Source: Diplonema japonicum (Eukaryota > Protista > Euglenozoa: Diplonemea). Taken from it: a DNA stretch of 64,000 nt. How positions within the stretch are numbered: the first letter of the stretch is position 1; every line of letters begins with the position of its first letter. Positions 33,784-45,652 of the stretch are shown here, in pieces. The stretch spans positions 62,001 through 126,000 of the forward strand of contig OZ025650.1 in the NCBI GenBank assembly GCA_964019335.1, given 5' to 3'. The notes below the pieces were generated by a model. The model was not told where the DNA came from, searched no databases, and was given only the letters and a program-made list of their open reading frames with translations. The position numbers and the translations under genes were made by a program.

Positions 33784-34202
33784 GGGGGGGTCATAAGGGG
33801 GTCGTTATTTGCCCTTTTTCAGGCTCTTCGCCAAGGGCATTTTGGGCCCTTAAAAAAACTGTAACCACCCCAAAAGTGCCCACAAATCACCCAAACCCCC
33901 GTTTCCCGATGGTTTCCGGCCCCAGAAGTGCCCAGAATCATGTTCTAATTTTGGGGCCCCCGTTTGGTACTTTCCCTATGTAATCCTAGGGGCCCCTATT
34001 TTATGTTCCAAACGGGGGCCCCAAAATTAGAACATGATTCTGGACACTTTTGGGGCCGGAAACCATCGGGAAACGGGGGTTTGGGTGATTTGTGGGCACT
34101 TTTGGGGTGGTTACAGTTTTTTTAAGGGCCCAAAATGCCCTTGGCGAAGAGCCTGAAAAAGGGCAAAAAGTGGCCCTTTTTAAGGACCATATGACCCCCC
34201 CC
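33784..34202. mobile_element. Foldback MITE-like element with 160-bp inverted arms, TA on both flanks
   Basis: 33808-33967 is the reverse complement of 34008-34167 with 2 mismatches; termini GGGGGGGTCATA / TATGACCCCCCCC; TA at 33782-33783 and 34203-34204. Confidence 0.85.
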
Positions 34203-34204
34203 TA

Positions 34205-34343
34205 GGGCTATGCTGGCAGGAAACGTGGAAACGTTTCCGTTTCCATACTTTTCAGGAAACATAAGGAAATGTTTCCGTTTCCGTATCCGTTTCCATACTT
34301 TTCAAAAAATGCATGGAAACGCGTTTCCATGCCAGCATAGCCC
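34205..34343. mobile_element. 139-bp MITE-like element abutting the previous one
   Basis: TIR GGGCTATGCTGGCA...TGCCAGCATAGCCC, internal GGAAAC/GTTTCC repeats, TA at 34203-34204 and 34344-34345. Confidence 0.8.
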
Positions 34344-34556
34344 TAGGGGGGGGGGGGGGGGGGGGGGGGAGAACAAACTAACGTGTCAGCAAACGACCCA
34401 CCCACAAGGGAAAGAAAAAAAAATATATGAAAAGGAGGCCAGAGTTGGTGGTGCCCTCCCTGAAAAAAAAAAGGGGGTAAAGCCACAATAATACTAAGCA
34501 AGAGAGAGAAGAATTAAAAAAAAAAAATCGATAAAATTTCAGTGTGCATGTCTCAC

Positions 34557-35480
34557 TCAAGCAAGAAGGTCGATCGCAGCTTGTAAGTTATTGTTCGTCT
34601 GTTGCAAGGCAAGCTCCGCCGCAGCAGGCTCGAAACCCATGGCGATTAGCTCTTTGGCAAAGTCGCTGTTTTGACCCTCATCCTCAGAAATGTTCATGCT
34701 GGCAGCGATGAAGGTTTCAACGTACCCCACACGAGACCGGATGATAGAAAGATCACGCTCTGGGAGGTGAGTGAAGACGTCGTCGCGTGTGGAGATCTGA
34801 AGGAGCTGCGCGGCAATGTCGGTTGTGGTGATATTTTTAAAAATATCTGCAGCTTGTTCATTGCCCGATTCGATATCGCGCATCAGGTACAGCTCTGTGA
34901 CGGGTTCGCTCCAGCTCGCCTCTGGTTTTCGTTCACCCTGTGCTCTCATGGAAAAGACACCGGCGTTGTCGATCCTCCAACAGTCGCCGCTCTCATCTAT
35001 GATTATGTTGTCTCCGTTCCGACCCCCGATGACATCCCAGTTTGCCAGCAAACAGTCCACCACAAAGTGTTCACCTAACCTTTCCCTTGCGTGTTGCACT
35101 GCTTCCTCGTCGTTCTTCTTTCTCGCGTCCAAGAGTGTCCTGCCTTCCAAGAAATCTTGTATTACAAAAACCTGTTTCCCGACTTCTTTCACACTGGTGT
35201 CGGGTACTTTGCACCCTAGGTTTTTGTATACTTGGTTCGCGTTCACCTCGCCCTCTGCGTGCTCACGGCTTTTTCTCATTTTCCAGACTTGTGTTTTGTT
35301 TTCGGTTTTGTCCTTTACCTTAATGTTCCCCCCGCTCCCGCCCAGGACTTCCACAACTTCGAGATTTTTCTGCTTTCTAATCAGTTTTATGGCCTCTTTA
35401 ATAACTGCGATCTGTGCTTCCCTTGCAGGCGACGATGGGGAGGTGCTACCGTCTTTCTTCTTCGAAAACTTGTTTCCCAT
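34557..35480 (-). CDS. Atypical (HipA/PI3-PI4-kinase-like) kinase domain protein with N-myristoylation motif and C-terminal UBA
   Basis: MGNKFSKKK; LGGSGG, VWK, E(V)NANQVY..LGCKVP, DCLLANWD...DNI...RIDN; UBA LIAMGFEPAAAELALQQTNNNLQAAIDLL. Confidence 0.7.
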   Translation of the reverse strand: MGNKFSKKKDGSTSPSSPAREAQIAVIKEAIKLIRKQKNLEVVEVLGGSGGNIKVKDKTENKTQVWKMRKSREHAEGEVNANQVYKNLGCKVPDTSVKEVGKQVFVIQDFLEGRTLLDARKKNDEEAVQHARERLGEHFVVDCLLANWDVIGGRNGDNIIIDESGDCWRIDNAGVFSMRAQGERKPEASWSEPVTELYLMRDIESGNEQAADIFKNITTTDIAAQLLQISTRDDVFTHLPERDLSIIRSRVGYVETFIAASMNISEDEGQNSDFAKELIAMGFEPAAAELALQQTNNNLQAAIDLLA

Positions 35481-36274
35481 TTTGTTTTTTTTTTGTTTTT
35501 GTTTTTTTTGTTCGCTCTGTCTCCCCCCCCCCCCCCCCACCCCCGCTGGTTTTTATTGGTTTTTGTTGGGAAAAGAAATGAGGATCTTTAAAGAAAGAAC
35601 TGAAAAGAAAGAGAAAAAAGAAAACGAATGGGGGGGGGTATTCATGACTGTAACGCGTTTTCCCATCACAATACCCTTTTTCTTACTTTTTACTTTTTTC
35701 TTTTCTTTTCTTTTCTTTCTTTTTCTTCCTCAGGAAAAAGAAAGCGAAATATACGTATCTCGAAAAATATAAACATAAAGAACAGTAAATGAAAAAGAAG
35801 AAAGAGCCGGGGGGGGGGGGGGGGTGAAGACTGAGCTCAAATGAACAAGATATGTCCCACTTTGAAAGGCAGCAACAATGTGGGTTGGGGAGAATATATA
35901 GGAAAAAAAAAACTAGACATTTAGCATGCGCCTTTGCACTCACCAGCATGTCCTGAAAAAAAAAAAAGGAAGAAAAAAAAGAAAAGCAAGAAGGTAATGC
36001 AGTAAAGAACGTACGTAGCACTTATTGGTTTCCCCTTTTGTTATAAATCTTTTCTCTGGAATGAGTTCATGGATTACTTCATAAAAAATAACTTCACCAC
36101 GAGGGAGGGTGACTAAAAAATAAAAGAAAAATAACCCCCCAGCTCAAAAATAATATACGTTTTACATTCATGTTCCCCCCACCCACAACACACACAGAAA
36201 ACAAGAAAAAGAACAAAATATGAATCACAGAAAACGACAACAAAAAAACCCCCTTTATAAATAAGGGAAATCTT

Positions 36275-38218
36275 TCATCGAGCCCTGTGGTGTTTGAGTC
36301 TATCATAAATAACAGCAGCGGAAGGCCGAAGGGTGGGATCTTCCGAGAGGAGGGTCGCGGTGATATTAGCGAGAGTGGGGTGCAAACCCTGTATTTCTTT
36401 ATATTCTTTTTTGATTTTCCACACCTTGTCAAGAAGTTCAGTGTTAAGTGCATCTGTGGTCATTGAGGCGTCCTTGAGCTTTATTTTGAGCCCCATTGAA
36501 CCAGCCTTGGGGAGCCTGCACACCAAACTGTACAGCATACAGCCGAAGGAAAACAGGTCTATAGCCTCTGTGTAAGACTTACCGCCATCGAATAGCTCCG
36601 GCGCTGCGAACTGCAGTGTCCCGACCTCAGAGTGCATGGACTCGTCGTTGGACCTCGCTAGCCCGAAGTCAGCAACTTTCATGATCCCATCCCTGCCCAC
36701 AAGGATGTTCCGTGGCTTCAAGTCTCTGTGCACGATGCCCCTTTCGTGCAGGTGCGACAACGCATGTGCGATCTGACGTGTCCAGTTCTCAAGCAGACCC
36801 GGTTTGAATGGCCTCTTGAATCCCTTGGCGTACGTCTCTAGATCCCCATGTGCACAGAACTCCATCACCAGGCACACGTACCCCCCCATCGACCCCACTC
36901 TGTCCCCGAAACCTGGCTTCGCAGGCACTGCCGCCACCTCCGTCACGGACACCTCATCAGGGTCCTGTGTCGTGGGGAGTGTATGCGGCATTGACGACGA
37001 CGATGTCATAGGCTCCGTAGCGCCCTCCGACAGGTACACTGACCCGTTGAAGATCCACCCGCTGCCGGAAGGGGCCCCCGAGGACGGCGTGGGTGTGGGT
37101 GTGGACTCCACCTTCTCCGCCTCCTCCACGTACAAGTTCAAATACTCCACAACGTTCGGGTGGTGCAGCACCATGAGGGACCGCACCTCGTTCATCGCCT
37201 TGTTGATGGACGTAATGTCTGCACAGAAAATCCGCTTAATGGCCACCTCGCGGCTGCCTGCGAGGGCATGATACACCTTCCCAAAGCTGCCGTGTCCTAA
37301 AAGCCTCGTGATGATGTATGCTGATGATCCTGTGCCGGTGTGGAGGGTGCGTGGTGCGTGGTGGTGGGGGATAGTGGCGGCCGTGTGGTGGTCAAACATG
37401 ACAAGGAAGATGATGGAGTTGACCGCCTCAACGCCCATGGCGGCGAAGTGCACGATAAGGATGAGCTCCACGACAGGTGTGTTCCCCCCGTAGGAAATGA
37501 GGTGCGAGAAGACGTCTGCGAAGAAGAGAAGGACCCCTGTGCTGAACCACCGACCGCACCACGCAACCTTGCACATCGCTTTGAAGTGGTCCTCAAAGCG
37601 CACAGTGTGGCTTTCTTCGTAGCTCCTTATAATAGTGAAGTAGGTGTCCCTCCATGACCGGAACTCCTCTATCTGTCGGGACAGACCAACGGTCACGAAG
37701 AGCGGCATCAACAAAATATGGAGATACATCCACGATGAGACTGCCCACGAAGCAAGCGCGTGCGGGGTCAGGAAGACAGGCCACCACATCCCGGTACCGA
37801 AGTACATACGAAGTGCTTCATAAGCCACGGGTTTCGAGAGGAGGAGCCAGATGATGGTGACCCTAGGTGACAAGGGGAGACCGAGGACAAGGAACACAGT
37901 GCTGGAAGGGTGTTCTTCCATCCAACACCACAGGTTCTGCGGATTGGCTGATGTCTCTGGCTGCGCTGTGTCGTAGTACATCTCCTCCATTACAGGGCCG
38001 ATCGTCCCACAGCCGTGCCGTGAGATCAGGCGGTCGGCCATCACCACCATCACCATTACTGTCATGCACATCCACATCCCCTTTGGCATCTGAATCCGAA
38101 TATCATCCCCCTTTCGCACCACCTCTGCACATGGTATGAAGCCCTTCACAGCACTCGCTCTTATCGTCCGCCACCAAGTTCTCCAGTTATACAATTCTGC
38201 AACAGGGCAGCCTTCCAT
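36275..38218 (-). CDS. Ser/Thr protein kinase with multi-pass hydrophobic N-terminal region
   Basis: [44 protein letters not shown]; several hydrophobic helices upstream. Confidence 0.9.
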   Translation of the reverse strand: MEGCPVAELYNWRTWWRTIRASAVKGFIPCAEVVRKGDDIRIQMPKGMWMCMTVMVMVVMADRLISRHGCGTIGPVMEEMYYDTAQPETSANPQNLWCWMEEHPSSTVFLVLGLPLSPRVTIIWLLLSKPVAYEALRMYFGTGMWWPVFLTPHALASWAVSSWMYLHILLMPLFVTVGLSRQIEEFRSWRDTYFTIIRSYEESHTVRFEDHFKAMCKVAWCGRWFSTGVLLFFADVFSHLISYGGNTPVVELILIVHFAAMGVEAVNSIIFLVMFDHHTAATIPHHHAPRTLHTGTGSSAYIITRLLGHGSFGKVYHALAGSREVAIKRIFCADITSINKAMNEVRSLMVLHHPNVVEYLNLYVEEAEKVESTPTPTPSSGAPSGSGWIFNGSVYLSEGATEPMTSSSSMPHTLPTTQDPDEVSVTEVAAVPAKPGFGDRVGSMGGYVCLVMEFCAHGDLETYAKGFKRPFKPGLLENWTRQIAHALSHLHERGIVHRDLKPRNILVGRDGIMKVADFGLARSNDESMHSEVGTLQFAAPELFDGGKSYTEAIDLFSFGCMLYSLVCRLPKAGSMGLKIKLKDASMTTDALNTELLDKVWKIKKEYKEIQGLHPTLANITATLLSEDPTLRPSAAVIYDRLKHHRAR

Positions 38219-38830
38219 TGTTTTCTTTTTTTTTCCCGGAGGGGACGAGGGAGTCCCACTTGAAATATGATGTTAAGATAAACCGAAAACTTTTTGATGG
38301 GGGGGGGTGAAATAATCAAATCAGTACAACATGGGAAGGAACAGGAAGGGGAGAAAAATGGAGGGGATGGAAAAGGGGTACGGGAACATGCTGGTGCAAA
38401 GACGCGTGTTCAACTAAAAAGGGGTGAAGAAGAAGAATAAGAAGAAGGGTAAAAAAAAAAAGAAGAGGTAGTACGTGTGCCCAACTGACTCGCAACCGTA
38501 TAAAAAATGGAGAAAAGTTCTATTTATTTTATTTTTTTTTTTGGACGTTGAGAAGAATTTCTTGGTGTGTGTGGAGGGGGTTCTTTCCTTTTCCTTTTCA
38601 CAGTTCGTATTCCTATTCCTTCCCCTCTCCCCACTCCCAATAATAAAATCCTCTCTTATCCTGTTTACTAATATCATAAATAAACATTTAAAAGCATGAG
38701 GATTGCTCTTTAAACGAAGAAGGAAAGAAAAGGCGTAACGACAGGGGGATCAATTTCTTTTTTGTCTAGGTTGGTATTTGCAAAAATCGGACGAAGTGAC
38801 GATATACGGCGCTCATGCTGGAACAAAAAA

Positions 38831-39342
38831 AATAGCTATTTATTGCCAACAAATAATGAGTCATTATTTAATTCGAGTTCTCGAATTTTTTGCACGAGGG
38901 CCCACAGGGCCCGAGTGCAAAAAAAACGGTAACGAGTGTTAAATAATGGCTCATTTGGCGGCAAGTAAGTCGTTTTATTTCACTCTTCGTCATTTGAGTC
39001 ACTCACTCTTCACTGCTTTCACGGTTGTTTTTTTCACGCAGGTCAGCTTTTTGGGGATTTTCCTAAGGTAATCCAGGGTAGCTATTTCGCCGTGGCATTT
39101 TAAGGGGAAGTAAAGCACTTATTCCCACTTTTAAGGGCCGGAATGGCCTCAGATGGCCAAAAATAGTCAAAATACCCCCACCCAAAAAAATTTAATTTAC
39201 ATTTTTTTCCACGACAAGACCCATTTTTTTCACTCTGAAGCCATAATTTAACTGCAAAATCTCACTAATTAAATAATGGCCATTTCGCGTTAAATAATGA
39301 GTCCCCTAGTGAGTGAAGAAAATGACGAAGAGTGAAATAAAA
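38831..39342. mobile_element. Non-autonomous element with nested palindromes and a 23-bp inverted repeat (class uncertain)
   Basis: TTTTATTTCACTCTTCGTCATTT (38973-38995) is perfectly inverted at 39320-39342; hairpin 38886-38924 with outer arms 38858-38871/38939-38952; AAATAATG motif four times. Confidence 0.6.
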
Positions 39343-39909
39343 AAAAAACAGAAAAAAATAAGGCTGATGACACTTTGAAAAACAAAAACAAAAACAAAAA
39401 CAGGGGTATAAAAATCAAACAGAAATGAAAAATACTCGGAGAGGCGAGGCACTTTTTTCTCTCCTCTTTTTTTTCTTCTTTTTTTTTTCTTTTTTTTTTT
39501 TACCGTTCAAATATAGCCGAACCTTTCATATTCCCCCCTGTAGCCGAGATCGTAACTACTCACTAGCCAGTTAAAGCCATCCTGCTCTCTCTTTCTTTTT
39601 TCTTCTCTCGTCATCGTTTGGAGGAAAAAGACAAAAAAAAATACAAAGGACAAACTGGAAAAACAAGGGTACACGTCTCGCACTTCCCTAAAGTGTTCTA
39701 CGAGGCTCTTGGCGGTATAGTGACTCGGCTTCCCCCCAGGAAGGCCAGGTAGGACATTTTAGAGAAATCGAGAAGTAATAGGAAGAAAGAAAAACAAATA
39801 TGGACATCAAAAAAAAAAAAAAATCTAAAAAAAAAAAAAAAATGCCCCCTTTTTTTTTCCCCCTCTTCTTATTTTGTTTACAGTCAGGGGTGACAAAAAA
39901 AAATGACAA

Positions 39910-42900
39910 TCAATAGAGATACTGCGGGGAAGGGTTGTGCCTTGGGGGCGTGGTTCCGTGCAGCCGGCCCTGTTCCATCAAAGAAGCGGCAGTGTGCTGC
40001 ATCGGTGAGGGTGAAGGCTGGTGGATGACCGTATGTGGGGACATGAGGGTCTGCCTGGGTTGAGAGTAAGAACGGAGCGAAGATGCACGAACAGAGAGGT
40101 CAGGAGCTGAGGCGGCGGTTCGTGGAAAAGGTGTGGGCAGAGGAATGTGCGGCATATTTGCCAAGTCATTGTTCATTTGCTGTAGCTGAAGCTCTGCCCT
40201 TGCAATAGATGGCTGTGGGATGGACGACATTGGTGGCGGTCTTGTCCTCGCCAGCTCTTCCTCCCTTTGCATCTTGAGCCTTGCATTCTCCCTCTCCACA
40301 CTAACCAATTGCTCTTTTAGCTTGGCCCTGTCTTCCATCACCACAGAGCTGCTGGATCTCTCTCTCTCGGCAGGCTTCACAGGCGACATCTGTTTCGATG
40401 GCCGCTCATCTTCTGCGATTATCTTCTGCTGCAACTCCAACACCTCATCTCTGCTCTGCTTTAGTTGTTCCTGCAATGACGCTATCTCCCGTTCCCTCTG
40501 CACTTCCTTCGCTTGCTCGTCCTTTAACAGCTTCTCGATTCCATCCAACGTCTGTGTCTTCCCTCTGATTTCTTCCTGCACTGACTTCACCCACTCCTGG
40601 CTCGACTTCCTCTCCGCCTCCATCCTGTCTCTGTCCGACTTCACCGTCTGCAAATATCTTTCTTGCTCCCCGAGAAGCTTGTCCGCCCGCTTCGCGTTCT
40701 CCTCCTCCTCTTTCAGCATTGTGGACTGTTCTAAAACCTTCAGCTCCAGTTCATCATTCTGCCGCTCGGCTTTCTTCTGTTTAGCATCAAACTCGTTAAT
40801 CTTTGCTTCCAAGGACCTGGTAGTTTTATGTATTTCTTGTGGCATCACTCGGCATACCTTTGTATTCTATCGCAGTTCTGGTGAGCTTCTGCGACTTGTT
40901 GCAAGCCTGCTAGTTGTCTCCGGGAATCGGTCAGCTGTGATTTCGTGGATGGTGATGTATTGAAAGCCTTACCTGTATTTCGCGCTGCTTCAGTTCTGCT
41001 GAAAGGCGCACCATCTCTTTGTCGGACTTTGCTTCGATATGAGCCATCTTCCTCCGGTGGTGTTCCGCCTCCTGGATGGCCGCTGAGCGCTGCCTTGTAA
41101 CCTCCTCCACGGTTTCCTGCGTGACATTTCGAAGTCCTTGCTGCATACCTTCATCGCCGCGTGTTCCGACCTTAGCCGCCGCAGCATATCAGCAGACTCA
41201 TGTCGCTCAGACTCGTTAGTCTGTGCCAGGTCTGTTGCCCTTTTTAACTCTACCGAGTGCTGGCCCCTCTGCCTCTCCAGCTCTGATGTCTCGGATTCCA
41301 AGAGTCGCACTTTCTCATCTTGCATAATGCTCGTTCTTTCGATTTCTTTCTGATAGTCCCTGAATTGTCCCTTGATCTCTACCAGCTCCTGCTCCAGAGC
41401 AAGCGCCTCACTGGTCTTCGCATAAAGTTGCGCGTCTCTCTGGGAAAGTCGCTCACGCAGCACGTTTATGTCCTCCATTCTCTGCAGTGGTGGTGGTGGT
41501 GGTGGTGGTGGTGACATACATTCAAGGGCATGATGTTCGACGCGCCCTGCCCCACACCTCTGAGGTGTGACCATCTGCTGCAAGTATGGGACAGCCAGTG
41601 AAGGCCCTCGATAAAGTCTGCCCATATCCTTGCCCTATCTGCGGTTTCCCGCTCCTCGACTCTGTCCCGTTCAACGCCGCCCATGCTCTCCAAGTGAAGC
41701 CTCAGACGACGGCTGAGCGCCTTCTGGTTTTCCAGATCCATCGACAGATCCCCGGCCTGTGTGTGTGCGTGTTGCAGCCATTGTCATACCTCACAACGGA
41801 TTGCTTCCAGCTCGCTACGAGTGACGCGCACCTCTAGCTCTGCATCCGCATTTGCTTTCTTCAATGCCGACATCTGCTCCTGCATAGCCTGGTGATGGCC
41901 GTTCAGCCGCATTACATCCTTGTCTGCAGCATCGCGTGCTATCGCTTCATTCTGCCATCGTGCCTCAAGCTCTAGGAGAGAGGCCTTCAAGCCTGCAATC
42001 TGCGTCTTCATATCCTCTGACCCAGCAGACAGGGCTCTGCTCCGCATCAGGGCATCCTCCTTCTGTTGGTCTGCACGCAGCCTTTTCTGCTCGCATTCGA
42101 TTATCTTGTTCTGCAGCTCCCGCTTCTGGTTGGATAACTCCCTGTCATCACCCTCGTTGTGCATGATCAGTGCTTGCATCTCGTGTATCTTCTGCACATG
42201 TGCAGTCTCCAGGGTTACAATCCGCTCTTTTAATGCAGCGGACTCAGCAGCCCCTTTCCTTTTTTCAGCCGTAAGCTCCATCTTCAATGCCTCGACATCA
42301 CGTCGCGACGTCTCAGCTTCCACCCTGCTCTCCCACGAGCCGCCTTCGCCAGACAACTGCACCAGCTTAGCTTCTAAAGTTGCGACCTGGTTTTCCAGTT
42401 CATGTATTCTCACTCCTTTTAGGAGCAACTCACTTTGGATGGTAGACGAAGCAGCCTGTGGACGGGGCGTCTGCGCGGCATGGGGCTTCTGAATACTGCC
42501 GTTGAGGTCACTCAGGCTGCTGCCCATACGCTGCACTTCCACAAGTTCAGCACTCCTCGAGGATGGGGTAAACATGACATGGGGGGCAACCTCTGGCTGT
42601 GTCTCAGGAGAGGGAGGGCTCAGCTCTCGTTGCACTTGATCAAGCTCACTTGCTATGTCCCTCAGCTCGGAATTAACGGGGCGCGGCGGGCTATGCACAG
42701 GTGCCTTGAATGGCGAAGGCGGCCGTGAAGGTATTTGCCTCTCGAATGTGCCCAATTGCGCATCGTGCACTTCACGTCGTGAGGCCTGCCTGTAGACATC
42801 TGGAGCATGTCTGTCCAGCGCCTCGACAGCAGGGACTGGGATGACAGGAAGGGCAGGGGTGTTGGTCAAGTTATCTCCCTTGTCTTCATAGCCGTAGTCG

Positions 42901-44063
42901 TATCCCGGTGGACTGAAGCGCGGAGGTGATTCGGATGTAGTGTGAGGAGCAAAGATGGAGTTCAAGTTCGTCCGGAACTTAGCTTCCACGGGGCCTGCTT
43001 TCTGCGTTGCTTGCAAGATGTTGATCATGGTGTCCATCTGGACCTGCTCTCGCGAGGTGAGGGGTCCTGATGACTTGGCAGCAGCCAAGACTACAAGGCG
43101 CGAGGATGTCATAGTCTTCAAGAGACCAAAGCACCTGCTCAGAACGTCGTCAGTGTCCCCTCTCACAGGGGAGGGAGGGGCACCCCTCGGGGAGAGGGGA
43201 ACGCCATTGAACATCACCCTGTCCGATCCCGGATTGAAGGATTCCTTGTCCTTCCGCAGTTTTGTAAGAGCAGGAGAGAGGGCCTTCTGGGCAGCTTGGG
43301 TGTGGTCGGGGTGTATGTCAGAGAAGATAAGATGTGCGACTTTTGCAGTGGATGCAGCCGATGGCGGCATGCCCGCTGGAGTCTTAAGGATCAGGAAATG
43401 CATGCAGTAGGACAGCCTGTGCATGACGTTCTTGAAGGTTCCGGTCGCCATGAGCTTGGACAGCGTGCGCAGTACGTCGCCCACGGACGTGACGTAGATA
43501 TACTTACCAGGCATGATGCCCTCGACGTCTCCCCACTCGAGGTCCGGGGGAACTTGTTGTTTGATGTTTTTCAAGAGATCAGTTGGCTGCGTGGGGTGCT
43601 TGATGAAACAGCAGAAGCCCATCCGCACGCTGAATGCATCGTTCCCGTTGCGCACCTCGTTTTGCATTTCCGCAAACAGCTTTTTAATTACACGCACCGC
43701 TACACCATCAGTGGTCCGCGGGATCTCGTGCTGCCCTTCCCCGTCCCACAGCATTGTCTCCCCGAACAGTACACCTAAAGGGAGCTGAGGCGGTCTGGGG
43801 CCCAGCCTCACGAAGCTTGTACATGACGAGCCCTGTAGTACGCCCAGCAGGTGGGGGTCGATCGAAGAGTATACCTGCACAGCGGGCGACACTGTAGTAA
43901 AGTACCTGTCAACTCTCAGCTGGCATTGCAGCGATTCTCCTAAATAATCGATCTTCGTGCGTGTGTCATGGCGGTCGGTGGTTGACTCCTGTGAGAGCTG
44001 GAAGAGGGGTTCTTCGTTCTCATCATCTAAGTCGTCGATGGACCACAGTACAGCAAAAGCCAT
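39910..44063 (-). CDS. Large coiled-coil protein with degenerate N-terminal kinesin-like fold, 5 introns (41757-41789, 41482-41519, 41117-41148, 40935-40972, 40817-40857)
   Basis: Five GT-AG introns join the ORF fragments in frame; VDRYF...QVY...VLQG...DGVAVRVIKKLF...FSVRMGF...DLL follows the kinesin pattern without GxxxxGKT. Confidence 0.7.
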
Positions 44064-44158
44064 GTACCCACCGCCCTCCTGAATGTTGGGTTAAATCAGA
44101 AATCAATCTTCTAAAAGAAAAAAAAAAATGTGGACCTAATCCTAGAAGACAATACAAT

Positions 44159-45652
44159 CTAATTGAAGCAAGATGGGGTGGTGGGGGGTGTGAGGGGTGT
44201 GTGCGACGGTGTCGCTTGGTCGTAAAACAGGAGCAGCTGCTCGGTGGCCCGACGTTGGGCTTCACAGATGTCTATTTGGTCGGTGTCGGACACGTTGTGA
44301 GTGGGGATGCGGACGAAGGAGGGCAAGGCATCAGAGGTGGCCGTCATTCCAGGCTCAGAAGGCTCGGGAAGCGTCCATCCGACATTAGTGGTCTCGCCAC
44401 GCCAGGAGCGCATCTTGTGCCCTCTGAGGTGCTCCTGCTCACGATTCACTCGGTGAAGCAGTACCCTTTCCCGGTAGGCAGCAGCGTCTAGCTCTGCTGC
44501 CCTGTTACGCAATATTTGCTCTTCCATGTCGAGCTCCGCTTGCTGCTGGCTCAGATGGAACGCTGCCCTGTCCACCTCTGCAGCCTTCGCAGCCTCTTGT
44601 TGCTTCTGCATCTCAATGCCCGCCTGCCGCTTTTCCATATATTTCATCTCATCAACAAATTTTCTCTGCATCGCCTCCTGCCGCTCTGCTTCGGCTCTTG
44701 CCGCTAAAGCGCTCTCATCGTGACACGGAATTGTCAATGTGTGCACAGAGTGGTACTGCACATCCCGTGCACCTTCTCCTCCGTACAAATAAAAAACAGT
44801 GTCGGCGAGAGGGGCATCATGCTTCACTCCCATAAAGTGCGACATTCTTGGACGGGGTGGTGTGCCTGCTGTGGGACCGCATTCGTACCATGTGTTGGTG
44901 GCGACCTCCCACACCCAGAGCGCAGGGGAGATCTTGTTGTCCCGCGAGACACCACCATAGAGGACAATGTAGCTGGAAGCTGCGACTAAGGTGTGTCTAT
45001 AAAGCGGGATGTTGCCAGCGATGCTCATCCAGTAGAGGCTTTGCGTGTCATAAGCCCATAGGTCGCCGAGGATAGTGCCCTTGCGGCTGACGCCGCCATG
45101 TATGAGGAGTGTATCATGAAGGCCGCTGCATGAAGCGTGCATCTCTCTGTCTGGGGGGATGTTCTTCCCTCGTTGGGAGCACTCTGTGACGGTGCCGTTG
45201 ACAGCGTTCACTTGTATGAAAGGAGGTTGAGGGGAGGACTTGGTGACGGTCTCCCGCCCGCCGTGGCAGAAGAGAAGCCCCCCAACGCTGCAGAGGGCGA
45301 ACCCGGTCCGTGGTGTACAAAGAATCGCAAAGCTCTCCCACTGCATCCCTGACAGGTTTAATACGTAGAGAGTCATGTCGCTCTCCAGAACCAAGACGGC
45401 CAGCCGTGTGGGGGACAATCCTGCAGCCTTGCAATATCTTGCATTCACTGGTGGTGGCTTGCCCTTTATTCCTTCAGCCTTTTCCCATTCTTCCTTATAC
45501 AAAAATATTTCGTTTACAACAGTCCTCCCTATAGCCGCACCACCCACTATTAACTTATCCCCACTTACACATGAGAAACTAGCTCTCCAGTTGCTCTGTC
45601 TCCTATCTTTACTCTCTTCTCGCCATGTTGGGGGTATGACAAGCCCAGTCAT
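44159..45652 (-). CDS. Kelch-repeat protein with C-terminal coiled coil
   Basis: Repeated GG motifs (LIVGG, FCHGG, LIHGG, VLYGG, YLYGG) with DLWAYD...W and PRPRMSH. Confidence 0.85.
   Translation of the reverse strand: MTGLVIPPTWREESKDRRQSNWRASFSCVSGDKLIVGGAAIGRTVVNEIFLYKEEWEKAEGIKGKPPPVNARYCKAAGLSPTRLAVLVLESDMTLYVLNLSGMQWESFAILCTPRTGFALCSVGGLLFCHGGRETVTKSSPQPPFIQVNAVNGTVTECSQRGKNIPPDREMHASCSGLHDTLLIHGGVSRKGTILGDLWAYDTQSLYWMSIAGNIPLYRHTLVAASSYIVLYGGVSRDNKISPALWVWEVATNTWYECGPTAGTPPRPRMSHFMGVKHDAPLADTVFYLYGGEGARDVQYHSVHTLTIPCHDESALAARAEAERQEAMQRKFVDEMKYMEKRQAGIEMQKQQEAAKAAEVDRAAFHLSQQQAELDMEEQILRNRAAELDAAAYRERVLLHRVNREQEHLRGHKMRSWRGETTNVGWTLPEPSEPGMTATSDALPSFVRIPTHNVSDTDQIDICEAQRRATEQLLLFYDQATPSHTPLTPPTTPSCFN

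Noticed and set aside
34203-34345. hAT classification from TAGGG...CCCTA ends
   Set aside because: The 8-bp flanks (C run versus G run) are not a direct duplication; a TA duplication fits better
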